Positions 32,551 to 44,438 are shown, counted from the first letter of the stretch. The stretch is DNA of 64,000 nucleotides from an uncultured Pelagibacteraceae bacterium (GCA_902625715.1 CACOCP010000002.1:13575-77574), one strand, 5' to 3'. Translations and numbers: made by a program. Notes: a model not told the origin generated them from the letters alone.

Positions 32551-33328
32551 AATGTATGGGTTATTTTTAAGGCATTTTTATTTAATCACTAGGTCATTTC
32601 CAAGAATACTGGATTTAATCTACTGGCCATCAATTCAAATTACATTATGGGGTTTTATTTCAAATTTTTTTGCATCTCATACTACTTATTACAACAATGC
32701 AGTTGGTGTTATATTAACATGTGCAATACTTTATGATTTTTTATTTAGAACAAGTATTGGTTTTAATATGTTATTCCTTGAAGAAATTTGGAGCAGAAAC
32801 TTTACAAATCTCTTTATAGCTCCAATGAAAATTAGTGAAATTCTTACCTCACTAATTTTCACTGCTTTGGTGCGAGCATTAATTGGTTTAATACCTGCTG
32901 TATTACTAACTTCTCCACTATTTGGAATTTCAATCTTAGAACTTGGAATTTATCTATTTTTTCTTTTTTTAAGTCTTTATATATTTGGGATTACATTGGG
33001 AATTTTAGTATCAGCAGGGCTTCTAAGATTTGGACCTTCGTTTGAAAATATTGCTTGGTCAACTATGTTTTTATTAGCTCCATTTGGTTGTATATATTAC
33101 CCAATTGAGATTCTTCCTGAGATTTTTCAAAAAATAGCTTATATGTTACCACTTGTTTATATTTTTGAAGAGGCAAGAAACATATTAATAAATAATACAG
33201 TTGATATATCAAATTTAATAGAGGCTTATATGTTAAATATGATTTATATCATTATTTCAATTACTTTATTTTTTTACTCATTTAATAAAGCACGAGATAA
33301 AGGCACACTAATAAATATTGGTGAATAA
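32537..33328 (+). CDS. ABC-2 type exporter, permease
   Basis: About 6 TM segments, YYPIEILP motif, coupled to the ATPase gene. Confidence 0.9.
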   Translation: MSIIKMYGLFLRHFYLITRSFPRILDLIYWPSIQITLWGFISNFFASHTTYYNNAVGVILTCAILYDFLFRTSIGFNMLFLEEIWSRNFTNLFIAPMKISEILTSLIFTALVRALIGLIPAVLLTSPLFGISILELGIYLFFLFLSLYIFGITLGILVSAGLLRFGPSFENIAWSTMFLLAPFGCIYYPIEILPEIFQKIAYMLPLVYIFEEARNILINNTVDISNLIEAYMLNMIYIIISITLFFYSFNKARDKGTLINIGE

Positions 33329-33405
33329 TGGCGCGCCCGCAAGGAGTCGAACCCTGAACCTCCAGAGCCGAAATCTGGCGCTCTATCCAGTTGAGCTACG
33401 AGCGC
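33329..33405 (-). tRNA. tRNA-Arg(TCG)
   Basis: GCGCTCGTAGCTCAACTGGATAGAGCG-CCAGA-TTTCGGC-TCTGG-AGGTTCAGGGTTCGACTCCTTGCGGGCGCGCCA; A20 Arg identity element; encoded CCA. Confidence 0.93.
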
Positions 33406-33428
33406 ATTATGTACTATTATATCAATAA

Positions 33429-34403
33429 ATGAAAAATATCATTAATTTAGTTGTAGAGGAGGAATTACAGGGAAAAAGAATTGATGTAGTAATAGCTAAA
33501 AAAAATGATTCTCTTAGCAGAACCAGGATCAAAAACCTGATAATAAATGGAAATCTCAGTATTAATAATAAAATTGTAAATGACCCCTCAAAAAAAATTT
33601 TTAAAGATGATAAGGTTTTTTTAACAATTCCACTTCCTAAAAAGGCGTCTCTAAAACCATTCAAATATAAATTAGACATAATTTATAATGATGAAGATTT
33701 ATTAGTTATTAATAAATCAGCAGGAATTTCGATGCACCCTGGGGCAGGAAATTATGATAATACGATTGTGAATGCTTTAATGGATTTAAATGATAACAAT
33801 CTATCAAATATTGGGGATGAGCTAAGACCAGGTATAGTCCATAGAATTGATAAGGATACATCAGGACTGGTAGTAGTTGCAAAAAATAATAAATCACACG
33901 AAAATTTATCTAATCAATTTTCCAAACATACAATTACAAGAATATATCAAGCTCTGATCTGGGGAAAACTGAGACCACAAAATGGTAAAATCGAAACTTT
34001 AATAACCAGAAGCACAAAGAATAGACAATTAATGGAAGTTCGTTTTGCGAAAGGAAAACAAGCAATAACGAATTATAAAACTATTGAAATATTTGAAAAC
34101 TCTAAAGTACCAACATTAAGTTTGGTAGAATGTAAACTTGAAACAGGCAGAACACATCAAATAAGAGTACATATGAGTTTTAAAGGAAATAATATTTTAG
34201 GAGATAAAAAATATAAAAAAAAATTTAAAAAATTAAAAAATATTGATTTTGAATTAGAAGATCTTTTATTAAAACTTGACAGACAATTCTTGCATGCAAA
34301 AGTTCTTGGTTTTGATCATCCTTCAACTGGAAGAAGATTAGAATTTTCATCAAATTTACCTCCTGAACTAGAAAATATTCTCAAAAAGCTAAGAAAAACA
34401 TGA
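33429..34403 (+). CDS. rluD: 23S rRNA pseudouridine synthase RluD
   Basis: S4 domain, GIVHRIDKDTSG, GRTHQIRVH. Confidence 0.93.
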   Translation: MKNIINLVVEEELQGKRIDVVIAKKNDSLSRTRIKNLIINGNLSINNKIVNDPSKKIFKDDKVFLTIPLPKKASLKPFKYKLDIIYNDEDLLVINKSAGISMHPGAGNYDNTIVNALMDLNDNNLSNIGDELRPGIVHRIDKDTSGLVVVAKNNKSHENLSNQFSKHTITRIYQALIWGKLRPQNGKIETLITRSTKNRQLMEVRFAKGKQAITNYKTIEIFENSKVPTLSLVECKLETGRTHQIRVHMSFKGNNILGDKKYKKKFKKLKNIDFELEDLLLKLDRQFLHAKVLGFDHPSTGRRLEFSSNLPPELENILKKLRKT

Positions 34404-34451
34404 AAATATAAATATTGTAAATTTCCTTTTCTTTATTAAATAAATACCTCG

Positions 34452-35342
34452 ATGAGTACAACGTCTTATAATTTACCAGCTTTGTCTAATGAGGGTGGTT
34501 TAGCAGCCTACTTAGCGCAAATAAAAAAATTTCCTATGCTCGATGCAGAGGAAGAATATATGCTTGCAAAAAATTGGCAAACTACTGGAAATGTAAAATC
34601 TGCAGAAAAGCTTGTGACAAGTCACCTTAGATTAGTTGCAAAGATTGCAATGGGATATAAGGGTTATGGTTTACCTCTAAATGAAATGATATCAGAAGGG
34701 AATGTTGGATTAATGCAAGCCGTAAAAAAATTTGAACCGGAAAAAGGCTTTAGACTTGCAACCTACGCGATGTGGTGGATCAAAGCATCAATTCAAGAGT
34801 ATATTTTGAGATCATGGAGCTTGGTAAAAATTGGGACAACCACCGCTCAAAAAAAATTATTTTTTAATCTAAAAAAACTTAAAAACCAAATTGCACCAAG
34901 AGCTGAGGGTGATTTAAGAGATGAGCACGTAAAAGATATTGCCAACAGATTAGATGTAAGTGAGGAAGAAGTTGTTTCAATGAACAGAAGATTGTCTGGA
35001 AAAGAACAATCTTTAAATGCTCCGATTGGTGAAGATGGCGATGAGTGGCAAGATTGGGTTGTAGATAATGAAATGGATCATGAATTAAAATTTGCACAAA
35101 ATGAAGAAATGGAGCAAAGAAAAGATCTTCTACAAGATTCTATTAAAATCTTAAATGACCGAGAAAAAGAAATTCTTTACTCAAGAAGACTTACAGATAA
35201 CCCGATAACCTTAGAAGATTTAAGTAAAAAATTTAAAATTAGTAGAGAAAGAATAAGACAAATAGAAAATAAAGCTTTTGAAAAATTGCAAAAGCACATG
35301 TTAAACAGTGCTAAGTCAAAAAATCTTCTGCCAGCAAATTAA
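34452..35342 (+). CDS. rpoH: RNA polymerase sigma-32 factor
   Basis: RpoH box [30 protein letters not shown]. Confidence 0.97.
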   Translation: MSTTSYNLPALSNEGGLAAYLAQIKKFPMLDAEEEYMLAKNWQTTGNVKSAEKLVTSHLRLVAKIAMGYKGYGLPLNEMISEGNVGLMQAVKKFEPEKGFRLATYAMWWIKASIQEYILRSWSLVKIGTTTAQKKLFFNLKKLKNQIAPRAEGDLRDEHVKDIANRLDVSEEEVVSMNRRLSGKEQSLNAPIGEDGDEWQDWVVDNEMDHELKFAQNEEMEQRKDLLQDSIKILNDREKEILYSRRLTDNPITLEDLSKKFKISRERIRQIENKAFEKLQKHMLNSAKSKNLLPAN

Positions 35343-36631
35343 TTATTAAAAGGATCGTAAACTAGTATTGTATCTTTTCTTTCTGGACTAGTAGAAATAC
35401 TTGAGATTTTCGCTTCAATAAATTTTTCTAGGTCTCTTATATAAATTTTTGCATTTTCAGGGAGATCATTGAAATTTTTACATCCCACTGTTGAAGTTTT
35501 CCACCCTTGATAAGTTTTATAAATAGGCTTAACTTTTAATTGATCCGTTACCGCTGCAGGCAAGTAATCAATTTCTTTTCCATTGATTTCATATGCAACA
35601 CAAATTTTTATTTGATTTAGTTCATCTAATACATCTAACTTTGTTAATGCAATTCCATCAATTCCTGAAATTTTTATTGTTTGTCTCACTAATACGCCGT
35701 CAAACCATCCACATCTTCTTTTTCTACTTGTGACAGTACCAAATTCCTTACCTCTGGTACCTAAAAGCTCACCGATCTCATCAGTAAGTTCAGTTGGAAA
35801 TGGTCCTTCACCAACTCTTGTAGTATATGCCTTGGTTATCCCTAAAACATAATTTATTGAGTTAGGTCCACATCCAGAACCTGTTGCTGCTGAAGATGCA
35901 ACAGTATTTGATGAGGTAACATACGGATAGGTGCCGTGATCAACATCTAAAAGTATTCCTTGAGCACCTTCAAATAAAATTTTCTTTCCAGACAACTTGA
36001 ATTGATCAATTTTTTTCCATACGGGCTGAGAAAACTGAAGTATATGAGGTGCTAATTTTAGCAAATCTTCTAATAATTTTTCCTTATTAAAAAGTGGTTT
36101 ATTTAAACCTTTCCTTATTGCATTATGATGAGACAAAACATTATCTAATCTACTGTTCAAATTTGTTTCAGAAATTAAATCCATTACTCTAATTGATCTT
36201 CTACCAACTTTATCCTCGTAAGCTGGACCAATGCCTCTTCTGGTTGTTCCGATTTTAGAATTTCCAGCTGCATCTTCTCTTATTTCATCCATTTCTTTAT
36301 GGAATGGAAGTATTAATGTTGCTGACTCAGAGATAATCAAATTTTTTTCATTAATAATTACGCCTTTGGATTTAATTTCCTCAATTTCCTCCAAAAGAGC
36401 CCATGGATCGATAACAACTCCATTACCAATTACAGAAATCTTATCTTTTCTAACAATTCCCGAAGGCAGAAGTCTCAGTTTATATGTAATTCCATCAATT
36501 ACTAATGTGTGTCCAGCGTTATGACCACCTTGAAATCTTACGATAACATCGGCTTCACTTGATAACCAATCAACTATTTTACCTTTACCCTCATCTCCCC
36601 ATTGAGAACCTACAACAACAACATTTTTCAT
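35339..36631 (-). CDS. purA: Adenylosuccinate synthetase
   Basis: [26 protein letters not shown]. Confidence 0.99.
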   Translation of the reverse strand: MKNVVVVGSQWGDEGKGKIVDWLSSEADVIVRFQGGHNAGHTLVIDGITYKLRLLPSGIVRKDKISVIGNGVVIDPWALLEEIEEIKSKGVIINEKNLIISESATLILPFHKEMDEIREDAAGNSKIGTTRRGIGPAYEDKVGRRSIRVMDLISETNLNSRLDNVLSHHNAIRKGLNKPLFNKEKLLEDLLKLAPHILQFSQPVWKKIDQFKLSGKKILFEGAQGILLDVDHGTYPYVTSSNTVASSAATGSGCGPNSINYVLGITKAYTTRVGEGPFPTELTDEIGELLGTRGKEFGTVTSRKRRCGWFDGVLVRQTIKISGIDGIALTKLDVLDELNQIKICVAYEINGKEIDYLPAAVTDQLKVKPIYKTYQGWKTSTVGCKNFNDLPENAKIYIRDLEKFIEAKISSISTSPERKDTILVYDPFNN

Positions 36632-37440
36632 AAAAATTTTTTTTTAATTTCTATACTATTTAAATGGTTTATTGGTCCATGACCTTTTCCATAATTAGGT
36701 CTAGTTGCAATTGCCTCGTTAACATATTTGATAGCCATCTCACAAGATTTCTTTAATGTTTTTCCACATGCAAAGTAAGCTGTAATAGCGCTAGATAATG
36801 TACAACCTGTGCCATGGGTATTTTTGGTGTTAATCTTTTTGTTTTTAAAAATTGATATTTCTTTTTTGTTTACAAAAACATCAATAATATTTTGCTTTTT
36901 TAAATGACCTCCTTTTATTAAAACATTTTTTGCTCCGAGTTTTAATAAAATATTTGCCGCAAATATCATATCCTCTTTTGAATTGATTTTGGTTTTAGTA
37001 ATTATTTCAGCCTCAGGAATGTTTGGAGTAATTAATGAAACTTTGTTCAATAATTTTTTTTTTAATATTTCTGTTGAATTTTTATCAATTAATCTTGCGC
37101 CTCCCTTTGCTACCATTACAGGATCTAAGACTATTTTATTAACCTTTATCTTTTCCAATGAACTTGAAACTGAATTAATAACTTTTCTAGAGTGTAGCAT
37201 GCCAATTTTAATTGCATTTGGTTGAATATCTTTGCAGGTAAATTCAATTTGTTTAGATATTTCTTTATAGGGGACTGGTAAAATAGATTTTACGCCTGTA
37301 GTATTTTGTGACGTAACAGCAGTAATAGCAGTCATTGCGTATCCACCTAATGAAGTTATAGTTCTTATATCAGCTTGAATTCCTGCTCCACCAGAAGAAT
37401 CTGATCCTGCAATAATTAAAATTTTAGATTTAGGTTTCAA
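36628..37440 (-). CDS. thiD: HMP/HMP-P kinase
   Basis: [26 protein letters not shown]. Confidence 0.97.
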   Translation of the reverse strand: MKPKSKILIIAGSDSSGGAGIQADIRTITSLGGYAMTAITAVTSQNTTGVKSILPVPYKEISKQIEFTCKDIQPNAIKIGMLHSRKVINSVSSSLEKIKVNKIVLDPVMVAKGGARLIDKNSTEILKKKLLNKVSLITPNIPEAEIITKTKINSKEDMIFAANILLKLGAKNVLIKGGHLKKQNIIDVFVNKKEISIFKNKKINTKNTHGTGCTLSSAITAYFACGKTLKKSCEMAIKYVNEAIATRPNYGKGHGPINHLNSIEIKKKFL

Positions 37441-37441
37441 T

Positions 37442-38773
37442 TTATTTTAGTGATTTAGAAACTATTTTTATGCACTTGTTAAGAAGTATTTTGTCTTCCG
37501 ACTCACACATTATTCTTATTTTAGACTCCGTACCAGATTTTCTTACCAGTAGTCTTCCTTTTCCAAATATGATTTTTTCTGCTTTTTTAATTGCAAATTT
37601 ACATTTTTTTGAGCTAATTATTGATTTGTCCTTAACTGAAATATTTTCTAGTACTTGAGGTGTTGGCCTAAAAATAGAGAATAATTCACTAGCTTTTTTA
37701 CCTTTTCTCAAAGAAAAAAGTATCTCAAGTGCTACAAGTAATCCGTCTCCAGTAGTTGCAAAGTTCCCTAGTATAATATGGCCAGACTGCTCTCCACCTA
37801 AGTTAAATTTTTTGTTTTGCATTAGCTCTTTTACATATCTATCTCCGACATTTGATCTAAAAAATTTAATTTTTTTTTCTTTAAAAAACTTCTCTAGACC
37901 ATAATTTGACATTAAAGTTCCAATTACGCCTCCTCTTAGTATTTTTTTTCTTTTCCATCTCTCGCCTAAAACGGCTACAATTTTATCTCCATCTACAATA
38001 TTTGCCTTTTCATCTGTCAAAATTATTCTGTCTGCATCTCCATCTAAAGAAATTCCTAAATCAGTTTTAAATTTTTTTGTTAATGATCTAATTTTTTCTG
38101 GATGTGTTGAACCACATTTATAATTAATGTTTATTCCATTTGGTTTAGTTCCAAATTCAAAAACTTTCGCACCTAAAGATCTTAGTAATTTTGGAGCACT
38201 TTTGTATGCAGCTCCATTAGCACAATCAATTGCAATTTTTAAACCTTTCAGTGAGAAATTATTTGGAAAATTACTTTTTAAAATATTTACGTAATTTTCA
38301 TTTGCATCCTCTAATCTTTTTACCCTTCCAAGATTTAGTGGTTTTGTCAGTTTAGATGAAATATTTGAATCTATTATTTTCTCAATTTTTTTCTCAATTT
38401 TGTCAGATAATTTCATGCCATCAGGTCCGAATAATTTCATCCCATTGTCAGTAAACTGATTATGTGAGGCAGTTATCATTATACCAAGATTGGCTCTCAT
38501 TTTTTTTGTAAGCATCGCTAATCCATTTGTTGGTAACGGTCCAAGAGTAAAGACATGCATTCCTGCTGAGGTAAGTCCAGAAACTAATGCTGGTTCTAAG
38601 GTATAACCAGACAATCTGGTATCTTTTGCAATAATCGCTATTTGTTTTTTTTTTTTTAAATTTTTAAAATAAGTGCCCGCAGCTAAACCAAACTTAAAAA
38701 ACATTTCACCATTAATTTTAGAATTATTTACTTTTCCTCTTATTCCGTCGGTTCCAAAATATTTTTTTTCCAT
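37442..38773 (-). CDS. glmM: Phosphoglucosamine mutase
   Basis: FGTDGIRG, TASHN, DGDADR, GGEQSGH. Confidence 0.97.
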   Translation of the reverse strand: MEKKYFGTDGIRGKVNNSKINGEMFFKFGLAAGTYFKNLKKKKQIAIIAKDTRLSGYTLEPALVSGLTSAGMHVFTLGPLPTNGLAMLTKKMRANLGIMITASHNQFTDNGMKLFGPDGMKLSDKIEKKIEKIIDSNISSKLTKPLNLGRVKRLEDANENYVNILKSNFPNNFSLKGLKIAIDCANGAAYKSAPKLLRSLGAKVFEFGTKPNGININYKCGSTHPEKIRSLTKKFKTDLGISLDGDADRIILTDEKANIVDGDKIVAVLGERWKRKKILRGGVIGTLMSNYGLEKFFKEKKIKFFRSNVGDRYVKELMQNKKFNLGGEQSGHIILGNFATTGDGLLVALEILFSLRKGKKASELFSIFRPTPQVLENISVKDKSIISSKKCKFAIKKAEKIIFGKGRLLVRKSGTESKIRIMCESEDKILLNKCIKIVSKSLK

Positions 38774-39816
38774 TAGAAATTTAGTTTTTTATAAACTTTA
38801 ATTGATTGATTAACTTCATTTACATCATGCACTCTTAAAATCTGAACACCTTGTAACATAGAGAATATACAACTTGATACGGTTCCACCTATCCTTTCTT
38901 TACTATCATTTTCATTAGATATATCTCTAATAAATCGTTTCCTAGATAAACCAAGTAATATTGGAAAACCTAATGTATGAAAAATAGAAATCTTATTAAT
39001 TAATGTAATATTATGTTTCAAATTTTTACCAAAACCTATTCCTGGATCTAATATGATATTGTTATGTTTAATACCAATTGATCTTAAATATTTAATTTTT
39101 GCCTCAAAATAATCATAAATATCTAGCAAAACATTTTTATATTTTGGACTATTTTGCATTGTTTTAGGTGAGCCTTTCATGTGATGTATTACAAATGGTA
39201 CTTTGGTTTTTTTTAATAAATTAATTGTTTTTTTGTCATACTCAAAACCAGAAACATCATTTATAATTTTTATTCCATAATTTAAACTTTTTTCCATCAC
39301 CTGGCTTTTTCTTGTGTCCAGTGAGAAAATTGCATTTTTTTTTTTAATCAGTCTTAGTTTTTTGGATATTCTTTTCCACTCATCAGATACTGGGATCTCT
39401 TTAGCACCTGGGCGGGTAGACTCACCACCAATATCAATTATATTTGCTCCAGAGTTTATTAAATTATTTATTTGTCTTTCTGCAGATTTAAATTTTATGA
39501 ATTTTCCACCATCAGAAAAGCTATCAGGTGTTAAATTTAAAATACCCATCATTATTGGGGTATTATTAAATTTTAAACCCTTAAATTTTTTTTTTTTGGA
39601 TATATTTTTTAAATCTTTATTTATTTTATTTTGTAATTTAAATGGAAGTTTTTTTATCTCATCTAAATTAATTATTTTTTCTGATTTCCTTGTTAAAAGC
39701 TCAACAGACCTAAATTTAATACCAGAGTTTCCGTTTAAAGGTAAATGATTTTTTCTTATTTTACCAGATTTTGAAGTATAAAAAAAATTACACGCTCTTG
39801 TGTAATATTTTTCCAT
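38773..39816 (-). CDS. folP: Dihydropteroate synthase with N-terminal extension
   Basis: NLTPDSFSDGG, GGESTRPG, DPGIGFGK, SRKRF, RVHDV. Confidence 0.97.
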   Translation of the reverse strand: MEKYYTRACNFFYTSKSGKIRKNHLPLNGNSGIKFRSVELLTRKSEKIINLDEIKKLPFKLQNKINKDLKNISKKKKFKGLKFNNTPIMMGILNLTPDSFSDGGKFIKFKSAERQINNLINSGANIIDIGGESTRPGAKEIPVSDEWKRISKKLRLIKKKNAIFSLDTRKSQVMEKSLNYGIKIINDVSGFEYDKKTINLLKKTKVPFVIHHMKGSPKTMQNSPKYKNVLLDIYDYFEAKIKYLRSIGIKHNNIILDPGIGFGKNLKHNITLINKISIFHTLGFPILLGLSRKRFIRDISNENDSKERIGGTVSSCIFSMLQGVQILRVHDVNEVNQSIKVYKKLNF

Positions 39817-39821
39817 TAAGT

Positions 39822-41714
39822 TTAATGGACTATCTTAGGTTTTAAACCGATTGATCCAAGTGCTGAACCTTGATCGTCTTCCTCAACTTTAAAATCTTCT
39901 TTATTTTTAGGGTAAACGTTCTTGTCGACTATATCTAAAATTTCCTCACCAGTTAATGTTTCATAAGTTAGCAATGCTTTTGCAAGTTTATGAAGGTCGT
40001 CTATTTTCTCAGTAAGGACTTTTTTAGCTCTATCATATCCTTTATCAACTATTTTTCTTATTTCATTATCGACTTTTCGTGCTGTTTCCTCTGACATATT
40101 TTGTTGTCTCGCAACAGATCTTCCTAAAAATACTTCCTCCTCATTTTCTCCGTACGCGACTGGGCCTAGCTCTTTACTAAGTCCAGCTCTCATAACCATA
40201 GCTCTTGCTCTTTTTGTTGCTTGCTCAATATCACTTGCAGCACCTGTAGTAACTTTATCCTCACCAAATATTATCTCTTCAGCAACTCTTCCTCCCATAG
40301 CTATAGCGAGTTGGGCGTGTAATTGCTCTCTAGTTTGAGAAACTTCGTCTCTTTCTGGAAGTTGCATAACCATACCTAAAGCTCTTCCTCTTGGAATTAT
40401 CGTAGCTTTGTGAATTGGATAAGCGGCTTTCTCATTAATTGTAACTATGGCGTGACCTGCCTCATGATAAGCAGTAAGTCTTTTCTCTTCCTCAGACATT
40501 ACCATTGAACGTCTTTCAGCTCCCATCATTACTTTATCTTTTGCTTCTTCAAACTCCTGATAAGTTACAATTCTTTTGTTTTTTCTAGCAGCTAGCAATG
40601 CAGCCTCATTTACTAGGTTTGCTAAATCTGCTCCTGAAAATCCTGGCGTTCCTCGAGCAATAGTTCTTAAATTCACATCTGGAGCCATCGATATTTTTTT
40701 TGCGTGTACTTTTAAAATTTTTTCTCTTCCTATTATATCTGGATTTGAAACTACAACTTGTCTATCAAATCTTCCTGGTCTTAAAAGAGCTGGATCAAGA
40801 ACATCTGGTCTATTAGTTGCAGCTATAATTATCACACCTTCATTTGTATCAAAACCATCCATTTCAACTAACAATTGGTTTAGAGTTTGTTCTCTTTCAT
40901 CGTTTCCACCTCCTAGGCCTGCGCCTCTACTTCTTCCTACTGCATCTATTTCGTCTATAAAGATAATACAAGGCGAATGTTTTTTTCCTTGTTCAAACAT
41001 GTCTCTAACTCTAGACGCTCCAACACCAACAAACATTTCTACAAAATCTGATCCTGATATTGTAAAGAATGGAACTCCAGCCTCACCTGCTATAGCTCTT
41101 GCCAATAAAGTTTTTCCCGTACCAGGAGGCCCCACTAATAAACAACCTCTTGGAATTTTTCCACCTAATCTACTAAATTTTCTTGGATCTTTTAAAAATT
41201 CTACGACTTCTTCGACTTCCTCTTTTGCTTCTTCAACTCCAGCAACATCATTAAATGTAACCTTACCCTTGACCTCATTCATCATTTTAGCTTTAGATCT
41301 TCCAAATCCCATCGCTCCACCTTTGCCACCTTGCATTTGTCTCATAAAAAATATCCAGACAGCTATTAAAAGTAACATGGGGAACCAAGACAATAATATG
41401 CCTAGGAGTGATGGCATTTTTTCCTCTAATGGACTCGCAGATATACTAACACCTTTGTCACTTAATTTTTGAATAAGGTTTGGATCGTCAGGTGCATAAG
41501 TATTAAACTGTTGACCATTTGACAAAACACCTTTTATATTTTTTCCAGAAATCTCAACTTGAACTACTCTTCCATTATCTACTTCTGTCAAAAATTCAGA
41601 GAAAATAATATTATTTTTTTGAGCCATAGTTCCCTGTGGGTTTTTAAACATGTTGTAAAGACCAATTGTAAGGAGAACTATAATTCCCCACATAGCTAAG
41701 TTTTTGAAATTCAT
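39822..41714 (-). CDS. ftsH: ATP-dependent zinc metalloprotease FtsH
   Basis: 2 TM segments, [19 protein letters not shown]. Confidence 0.99.
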   Translation of the reverse strand: MNFKNLAMWGIIVLLTIGLYNMFKNPQGTMAQKNNIIFSEFLTEVDNGRVVQVEISGKNIKGVLSNGQQFNTYAPDDPNLIQKLSDKGVSISASPLEEKMPSLLGILLSWFPMLLLIAVWIFFMRQMQGGKGGAMGFGRSKAKMMNEVKGKVTFNDVAGVEEAKEEVEEVVEFLKDPRKFSRLGGKIPRGCLLVGPPGTGKTLLARAIAGEAGVPFFTISGSDFVEMFVGVGASRVRDMFEQGKKHSPCIIFIDEIDAVGRSRGAGLGGGNDEREQTLNQLLVEMDGFDTNEGVIIIAATNRPDVLDPALLRPGRFDRQVVVSNPDIIGREKILKVHAKKISMAPDVNLRTIARGTPGFSGADLANLVNEAALLAARKNKRIVTYQEFEEAKDKVMMGAERRSMVMSEEEKRLTAYHEAGHAIVTINEKAAYPIHKATIIPRGRALGMVMQLPERDEVSQTREQLHAQLAIAMGGRVAEEIIFGEDKVTTGAASDIEQATKRARAMVMRAGLSKELGPVAYGENEEEVFLGRSVARQQNMSEETARKVDNEIRKIVDKGYDRAKKVLTEKIDDLHKLAKALLTYETLTGEEILDIVDKNVYPKNKEDFKVEEDDQGSALGSIGLKPKIVH

Positions 41715-41780
41715 GTTGATAAAGTAAGAATTATTAGAGAATAAACAAGTGTCAATTTGTACATATATTTTGCAAAATAA

Positions 41781-42821
41781 CTATATTTCTCTTGAAATAA
41801 TCATTGTATTGCTGACTTTTTTAAAAATACACCCTGATAATGTTGTTTTATAAGTATCTTTTGAATTTTTGAAATTTTTTATGAGATTCATTATTTTGCT
41901 CCCTCTTGATAGTTTTGCCTTGTCTGAAAATGAATTTAAAACAATATTTAGTGATCTAAACACTACTTCATCAGGCTCTGAAAAAAAATTTTTACTAACA
42001 ATTACTTTTTCTTTATTTTTAATAACATTTAAATCTATATTTTTTTTTATATAATGCTCAAGAGCTTTATTGCTCTTATGAAGATTTGATAAAGATGTAT
42101 CAAAATTTTTGTTTTTTTTGTTAAATTTAAAATTATTTAAAATATTTCTTACGTAAACTCTTAAATATTTATTATCTAGGTTTGATGGATCTTTGATGTA
42201 GTTACCAAATGTATTTTTAGAGATATATATCAACTCATTTTTAGAAAAATTCAAAAGTGGTCTAAAAATCAAAATTTTTTCATTTATTTTTAATTTAGAG
42301 TATTTTTTTTTGAAGGATATAAGCCCATTTAAACCCGATCCTCGAAGCAATCTTATAAAAAAATTTTCGTATAAATCATCTTTGTGATGAGCTGTTAAAA
42401 TTTTATTTAGTTTATAATTCTTACATTTTTTAAATAATAATTCGTATCTCTTTAATCGAGCTTGCTCTTGAATATTATTAAGATTCTTATTTTTTACCCA
42501 TTTTAAAATATTTAAATTAACGTCAAATTTTTTTAAAATTTTTTTAATAAATAACCCCTCTTTTTTTGACTCTTTTCTTAATTTATGATCGATGTGAAAA
42601 TAAACATTACTTGTGTCCCTCTCTATAGACAAACATTTCGTTAAAAAAGCCAATGCCATACTGTCCGGACCACCAGAGATCGCAACACAATAATTTTTAT
42701 CAGTATCTTTTGAAATTATTCTTTTAAACCTTGAATAAAGTTTTTTTATTTTTGGGTTTTTAAGTTTGGATAAATAAAAATTATGAATTGTTTTGTTTAC
42801 ACTCGAATTTCTTTTCTTCAT
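41781..42821 (-). CDS. tilS: tRNA(Ile)-lysidine synthetase
   Basis: SGGPDSMAL, TAHHKDD, RPLL, DPSN; start overlaps cpoB end and is uncertain. Confidence 0.93.
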   Translation of the reverse strand: MKKRNSSVNKTIHNFYLSKLKNPKIKKLYSRFKRIISKDTDKNYCVAISGGPDSMALAFLTKCLSIERDTSNVYFHIDHKLRKESKKEGLFIKKILKKFDVNLNILKWVKNKNLNNIQEQARLKRYELLFKKCKNYKLNKILTAHHKDDLYENFFIRLLRGSGLNGLISFKKKYSKLKINEKILIFRPLLNFSKNELIYISKNTFGNYIKDPSNLDNKYLRVYVRNILNNFKFNKKNKNFDTSLSNLHKSNKALEHYIKKNIDLNVIKNKEKVIVSKNFFSEPDEVVFRSLNIVLNSFSDKAKLSRGSKIMNLIKNFKNSKDTYKTTLSGCIFKKVSNTMIISREI

Positions 42822-43773
42822 ACTTTGCTTTTTGAAGTACAGATTGAGTTGCCTCAGGATATTGTTTCTTTACACCAGAAATCATAAGACACCCTTGATC
42901 TTTTTCTCCAATTTGTACTAATGATACTCCGAGTTTTAATAGATTGATAGGTGCTTTTTCACTTTTAGGATATTTTTGATAACCTTCTAAATATGCAGAT
43001 GCTGCATCTGTATAAAGTTGTCTAATTCTAAAAGTTTCAGCATACCAGTACTGGGCATTTCCAGATAATTTATGTTCTGGATTAGTATCAACAAATTCTC
43101 TAAATGCTCTTTCTGCCATATTGTAATCTCCAACTTTTAGAAAACTTGTTGCAAATTCATATTGATTTTCTGGTGTACCATCTGGTAATAATTTTTCCTC
43201 TGATTGAAATGTTTCAGTCACAACAGTTTTGGTCGCATCTATCGATTGAATAGATTGGCTTTCACTTTCATTTGTCATGTCTTTATAAGAAACTGTTCCT
43301 AAATCTTGAGGTTGAGTAGAACCCGGTAGAATTTTTTCTTTATCGGTGGTCGCGTCTGTAGGAAGCTTTGTTAAAGAATTAGTATCAACTTCTACATTAT
43401 TATTAGTTTCTAGCTGTTGAAACCTTAGTTGATTATCTGCTTGAACTTTTGATAATCTAGAATTTAATTTATCAATTTTAAAATTAATCTCTTCATATTT
43501 ATTTGTTAATTGTTGAAACTGTTTTTCTATTTCAGATAATTTTAACAAATGTCTTGTGAGTACATCTTCACTTTCTTTAACTGAATTATTTGAATTCGAA
43601 CTTGAGGATTGAGAAAAAGACTCTGAATAAACTGCTCTCTCTAATGTCCTTAAATCTTTTTGGATTAATTGCAAAATTTCTTTTATTTCTGATGTATCTG
43701 CAGTCAAACTTGATGGGTAAAATAAATAAAAAAAAATAAACAAATAACTTAAGTTTTTTTTGATTTTTAACAT
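42781..43773 (-). CDS. cpoB: Tol-Pal associated CpoB/YbgF (coiled coil + TPR)
   Basis: Signal peptide, NAQYWYAE, KAPINLLKLG TPR; position after pal. Confidence 0.9.
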   Translation of the reverse strand: MLKIKKNLSYLFIFFYLFYPSSLTADTSEIKEILQLIQKDLRTLERAVYSESFSQSSSSNSNNSVKESEDVLTRHLLKLSEIEKQFQQLTNKYEEINFKIDKLNSRLSKVQADNQLRFQQLETNNNVEVDTNSLTKLPTDATTDKEKILPGSTQPQDLGTVSYKDMTNESESQSIQSIDATKTVVTETFQSEEKLLPDGTPENQYEFATSFLKVGDYNMAERAFREFVDTNPEHKLSGNAQYWYAETFRIRQLYTDAASAYLEGYQKYPKSEKAPINLLKLGVSLVQIGEKDQGCLMISGVKKQYPEATQSVLQKAKYEEKKFECKQNNS

Positions 43774-43801
43774 TCAGTAAATTTGTAAGTATAAAAATGG
43801 C

Positions 43802-43834
43802 AAAAAAAAGACCCCATACTTAAGGGGTCTTTTT
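43802..43834 (-). terminator. Rho-independent terminator after pal
   Basis: GACCCC/GGGGTC stem with 8-nt loop followed by T8 on the minus strand. Confidence 0.85.
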
Positions 43835-43852
43835 CAAAAATCTTTTTATTTT

Positions 43853-44341
43853 TTAGTTAGCTTTTACAGTAACCGATCTTCTATTTTTAGACCATGAGAG
43901 AGGATTTGATCCTGAATCAACTGGTCTTTCTTTTCCATAACTAATCACTGATATTCTATCTGCCGAAACTCCATAAGTCATTAGGTAATCTTTGGCTGCG
44001 TTAGCTCTTCTTTCACCTAATGCTAAATTGTATTCTCTTGTTCCTCTTTCATCGGCATGTCCTTCAAGAACAACATTAACGCTAGGATTTTCTCTTAACC
44101 ATGCAGCTTGTTTTCGTAGTGTATCTCTAGACATTGTAGTAAGAATAGTTTCGTTAGTTGCAAAGAATACTCTATCTGGAACACCTTTAGCTAAATACTC
44201 AACTGTATCTGTTCCTGTATAAACATCCCCTTGAATTTGAGAATCTAAATTTGTTGCTGTTTTTTTAGTTGCGCAAGCAGATACAACCATACTCAATAAT
44301 ATTACTAGAAAAGTATTTTTTAGGATTTTGCTTAAATTCAT
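43853..44341 (-). CDS. pal: Peptidoglycan-associated lipoprotein
   Basis: Lipobox [24 protein letters not shown]. Confidence 0.98.
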   Translation of the reverse strand: MNLSKILKNTFLVILLSMVVSACATKKTATNLDSQIQGDVYTGTDTVEYLAKGVPDRVFFATNETILTTMSRDTLRKQAAWLRENPSVNVVLEGHADERGTREYNLALGERRANAAKDYLMTYGVSADRISVISYGKERPVDSGSNPLSWSKNRRSVTVKAN

Positions 44342-44438
44342 TAATGCTCCTTAGTATTTTTTAGAACTTTTTCACAACTAATTAGATCTTTCAAGTCTAA
44401 AAATCAACATTAATTGTGTATTTTTTTAAAAATTTAGA

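Noticed and set aside
38645-38657. 13-nt homopolymer in glmM (also 24969-24981 in the S49 peptidase) as phase-variation sites
   Set aside because: Both are in frame and encode Lys runs; expected at this AT content, and glmM is normally essential
40576-41472. 298-aa plus-strand ORF antisense to ftsH
   Set aside because: Codon-aligned shadow of a highly conserved gene; S/P/T-rich with no recognisable motif
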